Shown here: positions 50,088-60,245 of the stretch, piece after piece | Numbering within the stretch: position 1 is the first letter of the stretch | Layout: every line of letters starts with the position of its first letter | Assembly (NCBI GenBank): GCA_965205865.1 | Contig: CBDBHR010000028.1 | Location: 32,001 to 96,000 of the forward strand | Reading direction: 5' to 3' | Source: a bacterium | GTDB lineage: Bacteria; SAR324; NAC60-12 | DNA length: 64,000 nt | Translations under genes and position numbers: made by a program | Notes under the pieces: generated by a model | What the model was told of the DNA's origin: nothing | The model's database searches: none | Seen by the model: the letters and a program-made list of their open reading frames with translations, nothing else

Positions 50088-53000
50088 ATGCCATCACCTT
50101 TCGACCGTAATAAAGTCAGAAAATATCTGCAGGATTTCACTCTCCAATCCCTGTTCATTTGTGAACTCGGCTGGGAGCACGGTGGCGTGGATGCGGAAGT
50201 CTCAGTCGCCGGCGAGACCTTTGCTCTCCAAGCCATTGCCCACAAACGCGGCATGGTCGCCTACCAGTGCATTGCAGAGACCGAAAATACTTTCCCCGAT
50301 TATCCCACTAGGCAGAAGATCGAAAAAGCCGTGGCAAAGATCGTCCACGAGCACATTATCGTCTACGTCTCACACGACCGGAACAGGCACTACTGGCAAT
50401 GGGTGAAGCGTCAACCCGGCCATCCCGGCAGAACGCGCCAGCACACCTATAGATCGGGACAAGCGGGAGAAGCGTTGATTCAAAAGCTGGAGCAAATCGC
50501 CTTCACCTTTGAAGAAGAAGAGAAGCTGACCCTCGTCGACGTATCGGGCCGAGTGCGGGCCGCCTTCGACGTCGAGAAGGTGACCAGGAAATTCTACGAC
50601 CGGTTCAAAAAAGAACACGACGTATTTCTACGATTCATCGAAGGAATCGAGAACGTGGCCGACCGTGCATGGTACGCCTCGCTCATGCTGAACCGCATGA
50701 TGTTCATCTACTTCATTCAGAAAAGGGGGTTTCTCGACAGCGACCCGCACTATTTGAGCAACCGTCTGCAACGCATGCAAACTGAGCAGGGTAGGGACCG
50801 CTTTCAGACTTTCTATCGCTTGTTCCTGTTGCGACTGTTCCACGAGGGACTGGGCCAACCCGAAACCGACCGTTCACCTGAATTAGTGGAACTGCTCGGC
50901 CAAGTCCCATACCTCAATGGCGGTTTGTTCGACGTCCACGATTTGGAGCGCGACAACCCGCAGATACATATCCCCGACATGGCCTTTGCCACCATTTTCG
51001 ACTTCTTCGACGCCTACCAGTGGCATCTCGACGACCGCCCGTTGCGCAACGACAACGAGATCAACCCCGACGTGCTCGGCTATATCTTCGAGAAATACAT
51101 CAACCAGAAGCAGATGGGGGCCTACTACACCAAGGAGGACATCACAGGCTATATCAGCCGCAACACCGTCATTCCCTTCCTTTTCGACCAAGCCGGAAAG
51201 CACTGTCCCATCGCATTCCAACCAGGCGGGGGCGTATGGCGATTGTTGTCGGGCGACCCGGACCGCTATTTTTATGAAGCGGTCCGCCACGGCATCAGCT
51301 ACGATATTCACACAAATGAAGAACTTGCGGACAGGCGCGAACTACCGCCGGAAATTGCCGCCGGGTTGCACGACGTCTCGAAACGAAGCGGTTGGAACAA
51401 GGCGGCTTCACGAGATTTTGCCCTGCCGACGGAGACCTGGCGCGAGCACGTCTCCCGTCGCCAGCACTATGAAACAGTTCACGACAGACTGTCCGCGGGA
51501 GTGGTCTCTTCGATCAACGAACTGATCACCTACAACCTGGACGTCGAGCAATTCGCCCGGGACGTGGTCACCTTAAGCGAGGGGCCCGAACTGGTGCGCG
51601 CCTTCTGGAAGACGCTCAACACGGTCTCCATCCTCGACCCGACTTGTGGTTCCGGCGCCTTCCTATTCGCCGCGCTCAACATCCTGGAGCCCTTGTACTT
51701 CGCCTGTCTGGCCGCAATGCGAGGATTCCTCGACGACCTTGAACGCTCCGGACGCAAGCACCACCCTGAGAAACTGAACGATTTCCGCAAGGTGCTGCAA
51801 CAGGTAGACGCTCATTCCAGCGAATCCTACTTCATTCTAAAATCCATCATCGTCGATAACCTCTATGGCGTGGACATCATGGCAGAGGCCGTGGAAATCT
51901 GCAAATTGCGGCTCTTCCTCAAGCTCGTCGCGCAATTGGAAAGTTACGAGCAGATCGAGCCACTGCCGGACGTCGACTTCAACGTCCGCGCCGGCAACAC
52001 CCTCGTCGGCTTCACTTCCCTGGAGAAGATACGGGAAGCCCTCACCATAACCAGCGACGGTCAACGAAGAATTCTCTATCCTGAGGATGAAGCCGAACTG
52101 CGTCGCCTCGAAGAGGACGCTGAAATCGCCGATCGCGCCTTCCACCGTTTCCGCGAAATGCAAACCGGACACGATATGGATGCCAGCGAATTTTCTGTCG
52201 CCAAATTGGAATTGAGAAAACGGTTGGATGGACTGCGCGAAGAGTTGAACCGCTACTTGGCGAGGGAATACGGTGTGGAGTCCACCGACAAAATTGCCTA
52301 CAAACAATGGCGGGACAGCCACCAACCTTTCCACTGGTTCGTTGAATTTTATGGAATTATGAGCAGCGGTGGTTTTGACGTGATTATCGGCAATCCACCG
52401 TATGTTGCAACGGGAAAGATTCGCAAATCCTACTCGGTGAGGAATATGGAAACTGAGGGCTGCCCCGACGTTTATGCTTGGATACTGGAGCGTACGGCAA
52501 ACCTGCTTAGCGACAAGGGACGTTCCGGAAAGATCGTACCGTTGAGCCTCGGCTTCAGTTCCCAGTTTGATGTTTGCCGAAAATTCCTATTTCGTCATTA
52601 CGAGCAAAATTGGTTCTCATCCTTTGGCAGAATCCCCGATGCTCTATTCAGTTTTAACGTCCGGGTCCGTAATACCGTTCATCTCGGGCACAGATCGGCT
52701 GATCCAAGAGTCTCCTATTCTACGCGCCTCCATCGCTGGTACAAGGAAGCGCGTGCACTGCTATTTGACAACATCCAGTACGTTCGTTTTCAGCCTAAAC
52801 TATGGGATCACCGCGTACCCAAACTGAATACGCAACCGCTTGCACAAGCCTTTGAATCGGCTCTTGAGCGCGGAAAGACGCTGGAACTCACTTTGCAACG
52901 CGTGACAAATCACAAACTGTACTTCAAGCAGACCGCCTACAATTGGCTTACCGTTTGTCGTATACTTCCCCCCTGTTACGAAGGAATGCAACAAGTTCCT

Positions 53001-53405
53001 CACTCGAAGGTAGCGGATCTTTACTTTGTGGATGCCAACACTCGTGAGCTTGCGATGCTGCTCGCGAGTGGCAAGCTGATGTTGGTTTTTTGGCTCGTGA
53101 TTGGTGACGATTTTGATGTAACGAGATCGAACCTCGCTAATTTTCCCGTGGACTTTGCCAGCTTACCCGAAACGACAAAGAAAAGCCTTTTGTCTATTTT
53201 GCCAGACTTGGAATCTGCTATGTCGGCTTCCATTCAGTACAAGGTGAATGCAGGCCTGCGCGTCGGTACATATAACTTGGCGAAATGTCGGCATGTGACT
53301 GACCTGAGCGATGCGCTGTTTGCATCGGCAATAGGATTCGACAACGTATTGGAGGACATTGATCTATACTACACCCAAGCGATAAAAACCGATTTTGGCA
53401 AATAA
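50088..53405 (+). CDS. Eco57I-like N6-adenine DNA methyltransferase with TRD
   Basis: PYLNGGLF, GAYYT, ILDPTCGSGAFL, LYGVDI, FDVIIGNPPY. Confidence 0.9.
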   Translation: MPSPFDRNKVRKYLQDFTLQSLFICELGWEHGGVDAEVSVAGETFALQAIAHKRGMVAYQCIAETENTFPDYPTRQKIEKAVAKIVHEHIIVYVSHDRNRHYWQWVKRQPGHPGRTRQHTYRSGQAGEALIQKLEQIAFTFEEEEKLTLVDVSGRVRAAFDVEKVTRKFYDRFKKEHDVFLRFIEGIENVADRAWYASLMLNRMMFIYFIQKRGFLDSDPHYLSNRLQRMQTEQGRDRFQTFYRLFLLRLFHEGLGQPETDRSPELVELLGQVPYLNGGLFDVHDLERDNPQIHIPDMAFATIFDFFDAYQWHLDDRPLRNDNEINPDVLGYIFEKYINQKQMGAYYTKEDITGYISRNTVIPFLFDQAGKHCPIAFQPGGGVWRLLSGDPDRYFYEAVRHGISYDIHTNEELADRRELPPEIAAGLHDVSKRSGWNKAASRDFALPTETWREHVSRRQHYETVHDRLSAGVVSSINELITYNLDVEQFARDVVTLSEGPELVRAFWKTLNTVSILDPTCGSGAFLFAALNILEPLYFACLAAMRGFLDDLERSGRKHHPEKLNDFRKVLQQVDAHSSESYFILKSIIVDNLYGVDIMAEAVEICKLRLFLKLVAQLESYEQIEPLPDVDFNVRAGNTLVGFTSLEKIREALTITSDGQRRILYPEDEAELRRLEEDAEIADRAFHRFREMQTGHDMDASEFSVAKLELRKRLDGLREELNRYLAREYGVESTDKIAYKQWRDSHQPFHWFVEFYGIMSSGGFDVIIGNPPYVATGKIRKSYSVRNMETEGCPDVYAWILERTANLLSDKGRSGKIVPLSLGFSSQFDVCRKFLFRHYEQNWFSSFGRIPDALFSFNVRVRNTVHLGHRSADPRVSYSTRLHRWYKEARALLFDNIQYVRFQPKLWDHRVPKLNTQPLAQAFESALERGKTLELTLQRVTNHKLYFKQTAYNWLTVCRILPPCYEGMQQVPHSKVADLYFVDANTRELAMLLASGKLMLVFWLVIGDDFDVTRSNLANFPVDFASLPETTKKSLLSILPDLESAMSASIQYKVNAGLRVGTYNLAKCRHVTDLSDALFASAIGFDNVLEDIDLYYTQAIKTDFGK

Positions 53406-53464
53406 AAGGTTAGCTGACGAAGGCGCTAGGAGATCCGATATGTGACAACGGGACGGGTCACGCC

Positions 53465-53602
53465 GACAAGTTTGATCAGAAACCTTTAAAACCCATCGTT
53501 GACGAAATTGACCGAGTGTTCACACAGCAATACAGCTTCACGGACGAGGAGTTGGATTACATCATCAACTACGACATCAAGTACCGGATGGCAATTTGCT
53601 AA
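53465..53602 (+). pseudogene. Orphan alternative C-terminus of the same MTase family
   Basis: KPIVDEIDRVFTQQYSFTDEELDYIINYDIKYRM*. Confidence 0.7.
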
Positions 53603-53704
53603 GTCATACGAGACCATGAGCGACTTGACAAAACACGCGTGGTAAACTCGAAAAAACAGGATTGTCAACAGCAGGGCTCCGACTCCTATAGATCGGAAGT
53701 GAAA

Positions 53705-55105
53705 ATGACAGAATTTTTCAGATTCAGAAGTATAGAACAGTTGCTAGGAGATAAATACCAGGAGCTTGAAAGGCTAACTATCTACTTCGCCAGTCCTGAG
53801 GAACTCAATGATCCCATGGAAGGTTTCCGGGACATTGTGTGGAGCGGAGACAAAATTGTCTGGACCAATCTTTTCAAACATTACGTTCACTGCCTTTTTT
53901 TGACATATGTTAATTTTCAAGTAATTGGGGACACTACCGATTTGAAAGTCGTCGGCATCCCAATTTGGGGACGGTGGGATGAACCACTAAGCCCTCAAGC
54001 AAAAATTCAGTTTGATAACATCTGGGATAGGGTCTTCAATAAATGCGGACTAAGTAGACTCATTGAGAAAATAGTGAATATGAAGCGCAAAGTCAGACAC
54101 AATGAGCTACTGATTTATCTCTGGCCTATACATATTGATGTTGTGTTAGAAATCCAAGCAGAACTTGTTAAGCATGGTCTATTAACAGAATTAAAACTTC
54201 CACCACTTGGAAAATTACCCAGCGTAAAACAGTTTAACAAGATTTGTTTCTTTGAATCAATGGGACAGATTTAAGACAAAGAACTCATTGAAGTTTTCTC
54301 TTTATTTTCTCAATTAGTGTATCAATTAAAAATTGAGATGCGGCTTGTTTATAACAAAAATCGTACAATTGCTCCAGGAGTTCTAGAAAAGAACATGCAA
54401 CGGGTGTTAATCGATTTTCTCGAGATGTATGTGAAACGAATCGAGATCCTGCTTTGGCCCCAATGGTACACTGCTTGTTTTATGGGAAACTACCACAACT
54501 CGTCCGCATGGGGGCATTACGGAGGTGGCCATAAAGGCGTGTGTTTGATCTTTGAGGCTGTAGAATCGGATAAATCAAACAGCTTGGCATTGGATGGTTC
54601 CCCGAGGACTTTCTATGAGGTCAAATATGTGGAGAAAGCAGCTGAGATTTACTTCTTTCGGTCTATTGGTACGCTGCCAGAAGCCAAGCTGATGAATTTA
54701 TGGTATAGCGATCAAGATGGTAATCTCAGTGAATGTGGCAACCATATTGGAAAGGATGGTGACATTGACTCATGGAGGAAAAGCTATTGGGACGACTTTT
54801 ACGACTCAATCAGCATTAAAACCAAAGATTGGAACTATGAGCAAGAGCACCGGTTGATCTTAGATGGTCTACTCGGAAATCTCGAGAAAACGCAACGAGC
54901 CCTGAACTACGATTTCAACTCGTTGAAAGGTATTATTTTTGGAATGAGAACATCCGAAGAGGATAAGTTGAGAATTATTGAAATAATTAAACGGAAGTGC
55001 ATGGAAGAGAACCGTATTGACTTCAAGTTTTTTCAGGCCGACTACTCTCATGAGAGTGGCGACTTTCGCAAATATGAGATTTCTCAGATGTTTTCTGGTA
55101 CATAA
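53705..55105 (+). pseudogene. DUF2971-like protein with in-frame TAA at 54272
   Basis: FASPEELNDPMEG...WGHYGGGHKGVCLIF...KTKDWNYEQEHR; both halves in the same frame. Confidence 0.75.
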
Positions 55106-55291
55106 TAATATCGACATACTTGGGAACTTTTCATGTAACCGGGATTCCCAAACTCCTGCGGTCTGGACTACGCTGCCCTCTTCTGCTCCACCCGCTGTCC
55201 CGCAGACGTTGTCCTCAAAATGTTCGATTTCACATCCCAGGCAGCGGGAGATGGGACTTGATAGCTGGACATAATTTTAGAAGAAATTGCC

Positions 55292-56218
55292 ATGCTGGTA
55301 TTTGACCTATTCTCGAAACGCCAAAAGAAACTTCGAGGGGATATCCCTGACGTCTATGTTTATGACGATTTGCCTGATCCTCTTAGAGTAAAAATTGTAC
55401 AAATCTGGTTGAAGACTCTTGGCAATGAACAACAAGCTATGTATGGAAATTATGTTTACGAACAAATAGTAGAAATCCTAAGGCATGAATATGGTGTTTT
55501 TCAATTACCAGTTACAAAAATGACTCCTCAGAACGCTTGTCAAGAGTTTGTAAATTTCTTCCTCCAAGAGAATGATATCGAAAAGGCTCTTGATGCAGTA
55601 GAGTTGTCATTTCGTTTAATAGATGGACCTACGAGAGAGTGGCAATACCTAAAACGACATGACGCTTCAGAAAAAGCAGATGACGCAATAGAAGAATTAA
55701 ATTACAGGTTCAGGGAGCATGGCATTGGTTATCAATTTTCGAATGGACAAATTATTCGCATGGATTCCGAGTTGATTCATGCCGAAATTGTTAAGCCTGC
55801 TCTCGAGTTGCTCAACCAACGTTACTATGCCGGAGCACAACAGGAGTTTTTGAAAGCGCACGAACACTAACGGAAGGGGAACGCGAAAGAAGCACTCAAT
55901 GAGTGTCTCAAAGCGTTCGAGAGTATAATAAAGGCAATTTGCGATAAGAGAGGCTGGAAAAATTTTAAAAAAGCAGCAGCAAAAGACTTAATAGAGGTGT
56001 GTTTTGACAACGACTTGATCCCATCGTTTTGGCAATCGCACTATTCATCCTTGAGAAATATTTTGGAGAGTAGTGTACCTACCGGTCGCAACAAGTTGAG
56101 TGGGCACGGTCAAGGTACAACTCCGGTATCCGTGCCAAATCACCTTGTTGCGTACATGTTGCACATGACGGCATCAGCTATTGTATTTCTGGCTGAAGCC
56201 GAAGAAAAATATCCATGA
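55292..56218 (+). pseudogene. STM4504/CBY_0614-like (AbiJ-N-terminal related) protein with in-frame TAA at 55868
   Basis: DLFSKRQK...EFLKAHEH*RKGNAKEALNECLKAFES...GRNKLSGHGQG. Confidence 0.75.
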
Positions 56219-56515
56219 TGACAAGCATAGGCATTGTTGCTTAAATAAAGTCGATGAGAAAACCTTTCCTTGTCCTTCTTATGCTTTGCGGGATTCCAGA
56301 ATTTCCAATATAATTTTTAAAGCACATCAAATCAAATTTTCGGTCACGTGATTGTCGAAGCGGGAGGCTCCGACCGGCTTCAGGGAATGCAAACAGTTTG
56401 GGTCAACAAGAGTTAACGACCGACGGTTACATTTTCCTTGACATCAACCGTCCATATGTTGCCTGGGCAACCTATCGAAGCGTGCTTATAACTCCCCCGA
56501 ATATAAAATAAGGAG

Positions 56516-57435
56516 TTGAGTCCGGCACAAAAAAGGAAGCTGTCCGATGTTTTGCGAGTCAAGGATGAAGGAGAGGCAGTCGCAGAGACACTTGAGAAGC
56601 GCATCAGCGGGGGCGGGCACTGCCCTCATTGCAAGCATAATCAATTTCAAAGGTGGGGAATATCACACGGGATGCAACGCTACCGTTGTAAAAGCTGCCT
56701 GAAGACCTTCAACGCAGCCACGGGGACCCCCGCGCGCCTGCGGAAAAAGGAGAAGTGGTTGGAGTATTCCAAGGCGATGGTTAACGGCCTGAGTGTCCGC
56801 AAGGTGGCCAGAAAATGCGGGATCGACAACAGCACCAGTTTCCGGTGGCGTCACCGTTTCCTGCATGGCTTGAGGGACAAGAAGGACAGCAGCCTCAAGG
56901 GGATAGTCGAGACCGACGAGACCTTCTTCCTGGAGTCGTTCAAAGGTTCGCGGAACCTGGGGCGCACAGCTCGCAATAGGGGCGGCAAGGCCACGAAGCG
57001 GGGGTTGTCGGCGGAGCAAATCCCGGTTCTGATCGCAAGGGACCGCCACGGAGAGATGACGGACGAAGTGCTGAAAGACCTCAGCGAAGTCTCGATCACC
57101 AAAGTGCTCAAGCCTGTCTTGGCACAGGATGCGGTCCTTTGCACGGACGGGAACAAATTTTATCAGGCATTCGTGGACACTGAGAACATCGCGCATGTCC
57201 GGCTGATCGCCTCCAACGAAAGCAGGGTCATTGACAAGGTCTATCACATTCAAAATGTCAACGCATATGACAGCCGTTTAAAAGGCTGGATGCGCCGATT
57301 CAATGGGGTTGCAACAAAATACTTCCCGAATTACTTGGGATGGAGGCGATGCCTTGAAAAACAGGGAAATTCAATCGCAGCGGTGACCTATCTCCATTGT
57401 GCTTTGGAGTGACAAATACTAAACGCAAATAGAGC
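56516..57435 (+). mobile_element. IS1595-family transposase (56516-57412) with right end
   Basis: CPHC..RYRCKSC Zn ribbon, VETDETF, LCTDG, HIQNVNAY.SRLK. Confidence 0.88.
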
Positions 57436-57525
57436 AAAAAGATTGATTCTGATAATAGGATTTGCTAATATTCAGTATCTATTAAGTTACCGGACTGTAC
57501 AAATACAAGCACATCAAAATAAATG

Positions 57526-57553
57526 TTGACAGAATCGAATTATGGGCTATACT
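57526..57553 (+). promoter_or_regulatory. Sigma70-type promoter
   Basis: TTGACA-16 nt-TATACT; RBS GGAGG before ATG 57596. Confidence 0.7.
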
Positions 57554-57595
57554 GCTCATTTAATGTAATTAATTTAAATTCACGATGGAGGGAGC

Positions 57596-58051
57596 ATGAA
57601 CACTGATCAAATCATCAAAGAAAACAAGAATCTAAAAAATCTGGTAAAATTTTATGAAGACGATATTGAAGCTCATAAGATTCTCTTTGAGAAATATATG
57701 GATCTTCTTGAGAAATATAAAATAATTTTTATTGAAGAAGAAATTATAGATATTGAAGTCAAAAAGGACAAAATTACAAATATCAAAAAGAAAAGGCCAG
57801 TACCTTCTGGGATCCATTCATATTTAAAGGAACATGGAGGACCAGCTACAATTGAAGAAATTAGACAAGAATTAGTTCAAAAAGGAATTGGAAAATGGAA
57901 GGATGAGAATACTGGAAACCGAGCAGTTAACATGTCCACCTCTCGAAATAAAAATTTTAAACTCATCTCAGACAATAAAGATATCAAACTTAAAAAATAT
58001 GCACTGGTAGAATGTGAGGATGAAAATGAGAACGTGAATAAGGAAAGCTAG
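57596..58051 (+). CDS. AT-rich hypothetical protein, possible coiled coil plus winged-HTH
   Basis: Clean ORF with RBS; YLKEHGGPATIEEIRQELVQKG resembles a wHTH start. Confidence 0.6.
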   Translation: MNTDQIIKENKNLKNLVKFYEDDIEAHKILFEKYMDLLEKYKIIFIEEEIIDIEVKKDKITNIKKKRPVPSGIHSYLKEHGGPATIEEIRQELVQKGIGKWKDENTGNRAVNMSTSRNKNFKLISDNKDIKLKKYALVECEDENENVNKES

Positions 58052-58179
58052 CGTTATTCCTTATTCACGAAAAATTATATTTAACTTCAACCTCAAACAA
58101 AGGATATCTCAATGTGGAAGAAAAGAAGATAATCAGTTCGGCCTTTCTACTGAAAAGATGAAAGGTCGAACCAAAAAAC

Positions 58180-58264
58180 GAAGAGCATCGCAACATGGTT
58201 GTTGCTACTGATTGAAAATCAGATGATACTGCAGAGTTATAGGGTTCGATTCCCTTGCTCTCCG
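58180..58264 (+). tRNA. Non-canonical (8/4) allo-tRNA-like gene, anticodon GAA, Ser-type body
   Basis: 8-bp acceptor, 6-bp D stem with TGGT loop, loop TTGAAAA, long variable arm, 4-bp T stem, discriminator G. Confidence 0.72.
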
Positions 58265-58284
58265 TATCTTTAAATAATGTAAGA

Positions 58285-58356
58285 GATAGGATAAGCAAAA
58301 GGTTACGGAACTGGACTGACACTTCAGATCAGTGGGTTCGAATCCCACTCCCCAGA
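58285..58356 (+). tRNA. Degenerate tRNA-Val(GAC)-like gene
   Basis: CTGGA-CTGACAC-TTCAG and GTGGG-TTCGAAT-CCCAC intact; acceptor and D arms mispaired. Confidence 0.55.
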
Positions 58357-58443
58357 AAATACAATACGGCAACGGACGTTTTGTTTCATGGTAGCATGCC
58401 GATTTGCTTCGCAACTCACCGCACATAAGACGTAAGACGAGAG

Positions 58444-58915
58444 ATGGCGCTCGAGGAGGTTCGAGTTCAACAATTCCCTGAGAGAGTATCACGGTTAAAC
58501 GGGATATTTTGTTTCCCGGACAGCGAGGTTGCAACCGACGTTGCTCATCATTGGGGAGGCCACTTTAAGATAGAGAACCTGGCTGAGGTCAATCTTCTCG
58601 AGGCTAAAGGAAGAGATCGGTTGGATTCCAACTGGATTACCTACGCTGGCTCCAATAAAGTTCTCCCTTCGGATGCGTGGATACCGCGTTATTGGCGAGG
58701 AGAACCCTATCCTGGCAAAAAGCCAATTTGGGAAACGCTTGTCGAAGGCAAATTAACGGTACTTGGTACAGATCTTCGTAAGCAGGCATACGAAATTGTG
58801 AGAGCTAATTGGCCTGATAGCTTCATGTTTTCAGAAATCTCCCGGCTAGGTGCTTGGGTCGGCTCGGACATCGGAAGCATGAGTGTTTTCATGGCAGAGG
58901 ATATGGAAAGTAAGG
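58444..58915 (+). pseudogene. Hypothetical protein fragment (DUF2441-like)
   Basis: LEEVR..QFPE.VSRL.GIFCF motif; 3' end cut by IS remnant. Confidence 0.45.
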
Positions 58916-59264
58916 AGATTTCCTGACCTTTTTTACTATGACCCGCTGCTCCGCTCCAGAAAGAATCGATGCCATAGCTCTTCTTGCCACTTTTGGAGAT
59001 AAAAGAACAATCAATGGCGGCGATCTTCTGGTGAGGGGAGGGAATGGTTTCTTCGATGAGACGATGGTTAAACTCAGCAAAATCGAAGGACTTGCGAAAA
59101 TAGCGTAAGCAGGTCATTTCGCTCAAATCACTGTAACGACTGAGGTTGCGCAAGTTCATTCTGCCTCTCAAAACGATGATCGTTGAAAAAAGGATCATCA
59201 AAAATTTCTTCTGAGGTCTCGAAACGTTGGACATTTGCGATAGAATTCGATCAACTATGCTCAT
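58905..59264 (-). mobile_element. DDE transposase N-terminal fragment (IS701/IS4-like)
   Basis: GRMNLRNLSRY...AIDCSFISKSGKKSYG...WSG. Confidence 0.7.
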
Positions 59265-59606
59265 AGAGTACTCCTGGGTTGAAATGAAAATTTCGTATGG
59301 AAACAAAATTCTCTCAACCCGGTGTGCTCTTGTCCAATCTTTTCTTATCTCATGCAAAAACTGTTAGAACTATTGTCTCGAGGTATTGGTAAGCTATTGT
59401 TTCGAAAGTATTGCCCGAATCTCTCCTGCTCTCAAAGCGCCTGAAACAAAGGCTCAACGAAATCGAGACCCATGGGCTCGCCTCACTTTAGTCGTAGGCT
59501 GTTTTGCGTGTCATTTTCACCTCCTTTCTCAGGCATGTTGTTAACCAGTTTCAGCAGCTTTCACCGCAATCCCAAGGGCTCGCCCAAGGATTCGTTTCAC
59601 TATGCA

Positions 59607-60210
59607 TTACTTGTGAGCCCTGGCCTTGAGTTTGTTGATGGCTTTCTCAACCGACTTCGTGCGATGGACCCTCATTCGGCCGACGCCACCCCTCAATCTC
59701 GGGTCGAGCAGGTCTCTCAAAGCATCACCGAAAACGTTTATCCCGAATACAACGATGCTCAGGACGACACCCGGCCAGATAGACATCCACGGCGCCAGCA
59801 ACATGTAACGCCGACCGCCAATACTGAGCATCCCACCCCAGCTGGGAGCGGGTGGCGGGACACCATAGCCGAGGAAGCTCATCGTCGTCTCAGCTATGAT
59901 CATATAGCCGAGGGCTGCGGAAAATATGACGATTATGGGAGTGGTGATGTTGGGAAAGACATGCAGGAAAAGGATCCTCACATTACTACGGCCAATAGCC
60001 TGTGCGGCAGCTATATATTGGCTCTCCTTCAATCCAATGACGGCGCTTCTGACGATTCTCGAGTTACGGATACCATTGATCAGACCAAGCACGATGATTA
60101 CCTGGAGAAGGCCCGGCCCGATAACGGCTATGAGACCCGGCACAATGACCAGCCACGGGAAACTCATGGCGGCATCGACGAACCTTCGGACCAGGATGTC
60201 GATCTTGCCA
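59607..60210 (-). pseudogene. Second DppC-like permease, 5'-truncated
   Basis: HVFPN, SFLGYG, GDALRDLLDPRLRG; N-terminal third missing. Confidence 0.75.
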
Positions 60211-60245
60211 GTATCCTTTTCGAGGGAAGGGCTCCTTTGGTGCGC

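Noticed and set aside
58180-58264. Ordinary tRNA-Phe, tRNA-Ser(UGA) or tRNA-Sec
   Set aside because: A long variable arm and G73 are unlike Phe; a UGA register breaks the anticodon stem; the anticodon is not UCA and the T stem is 4 bp
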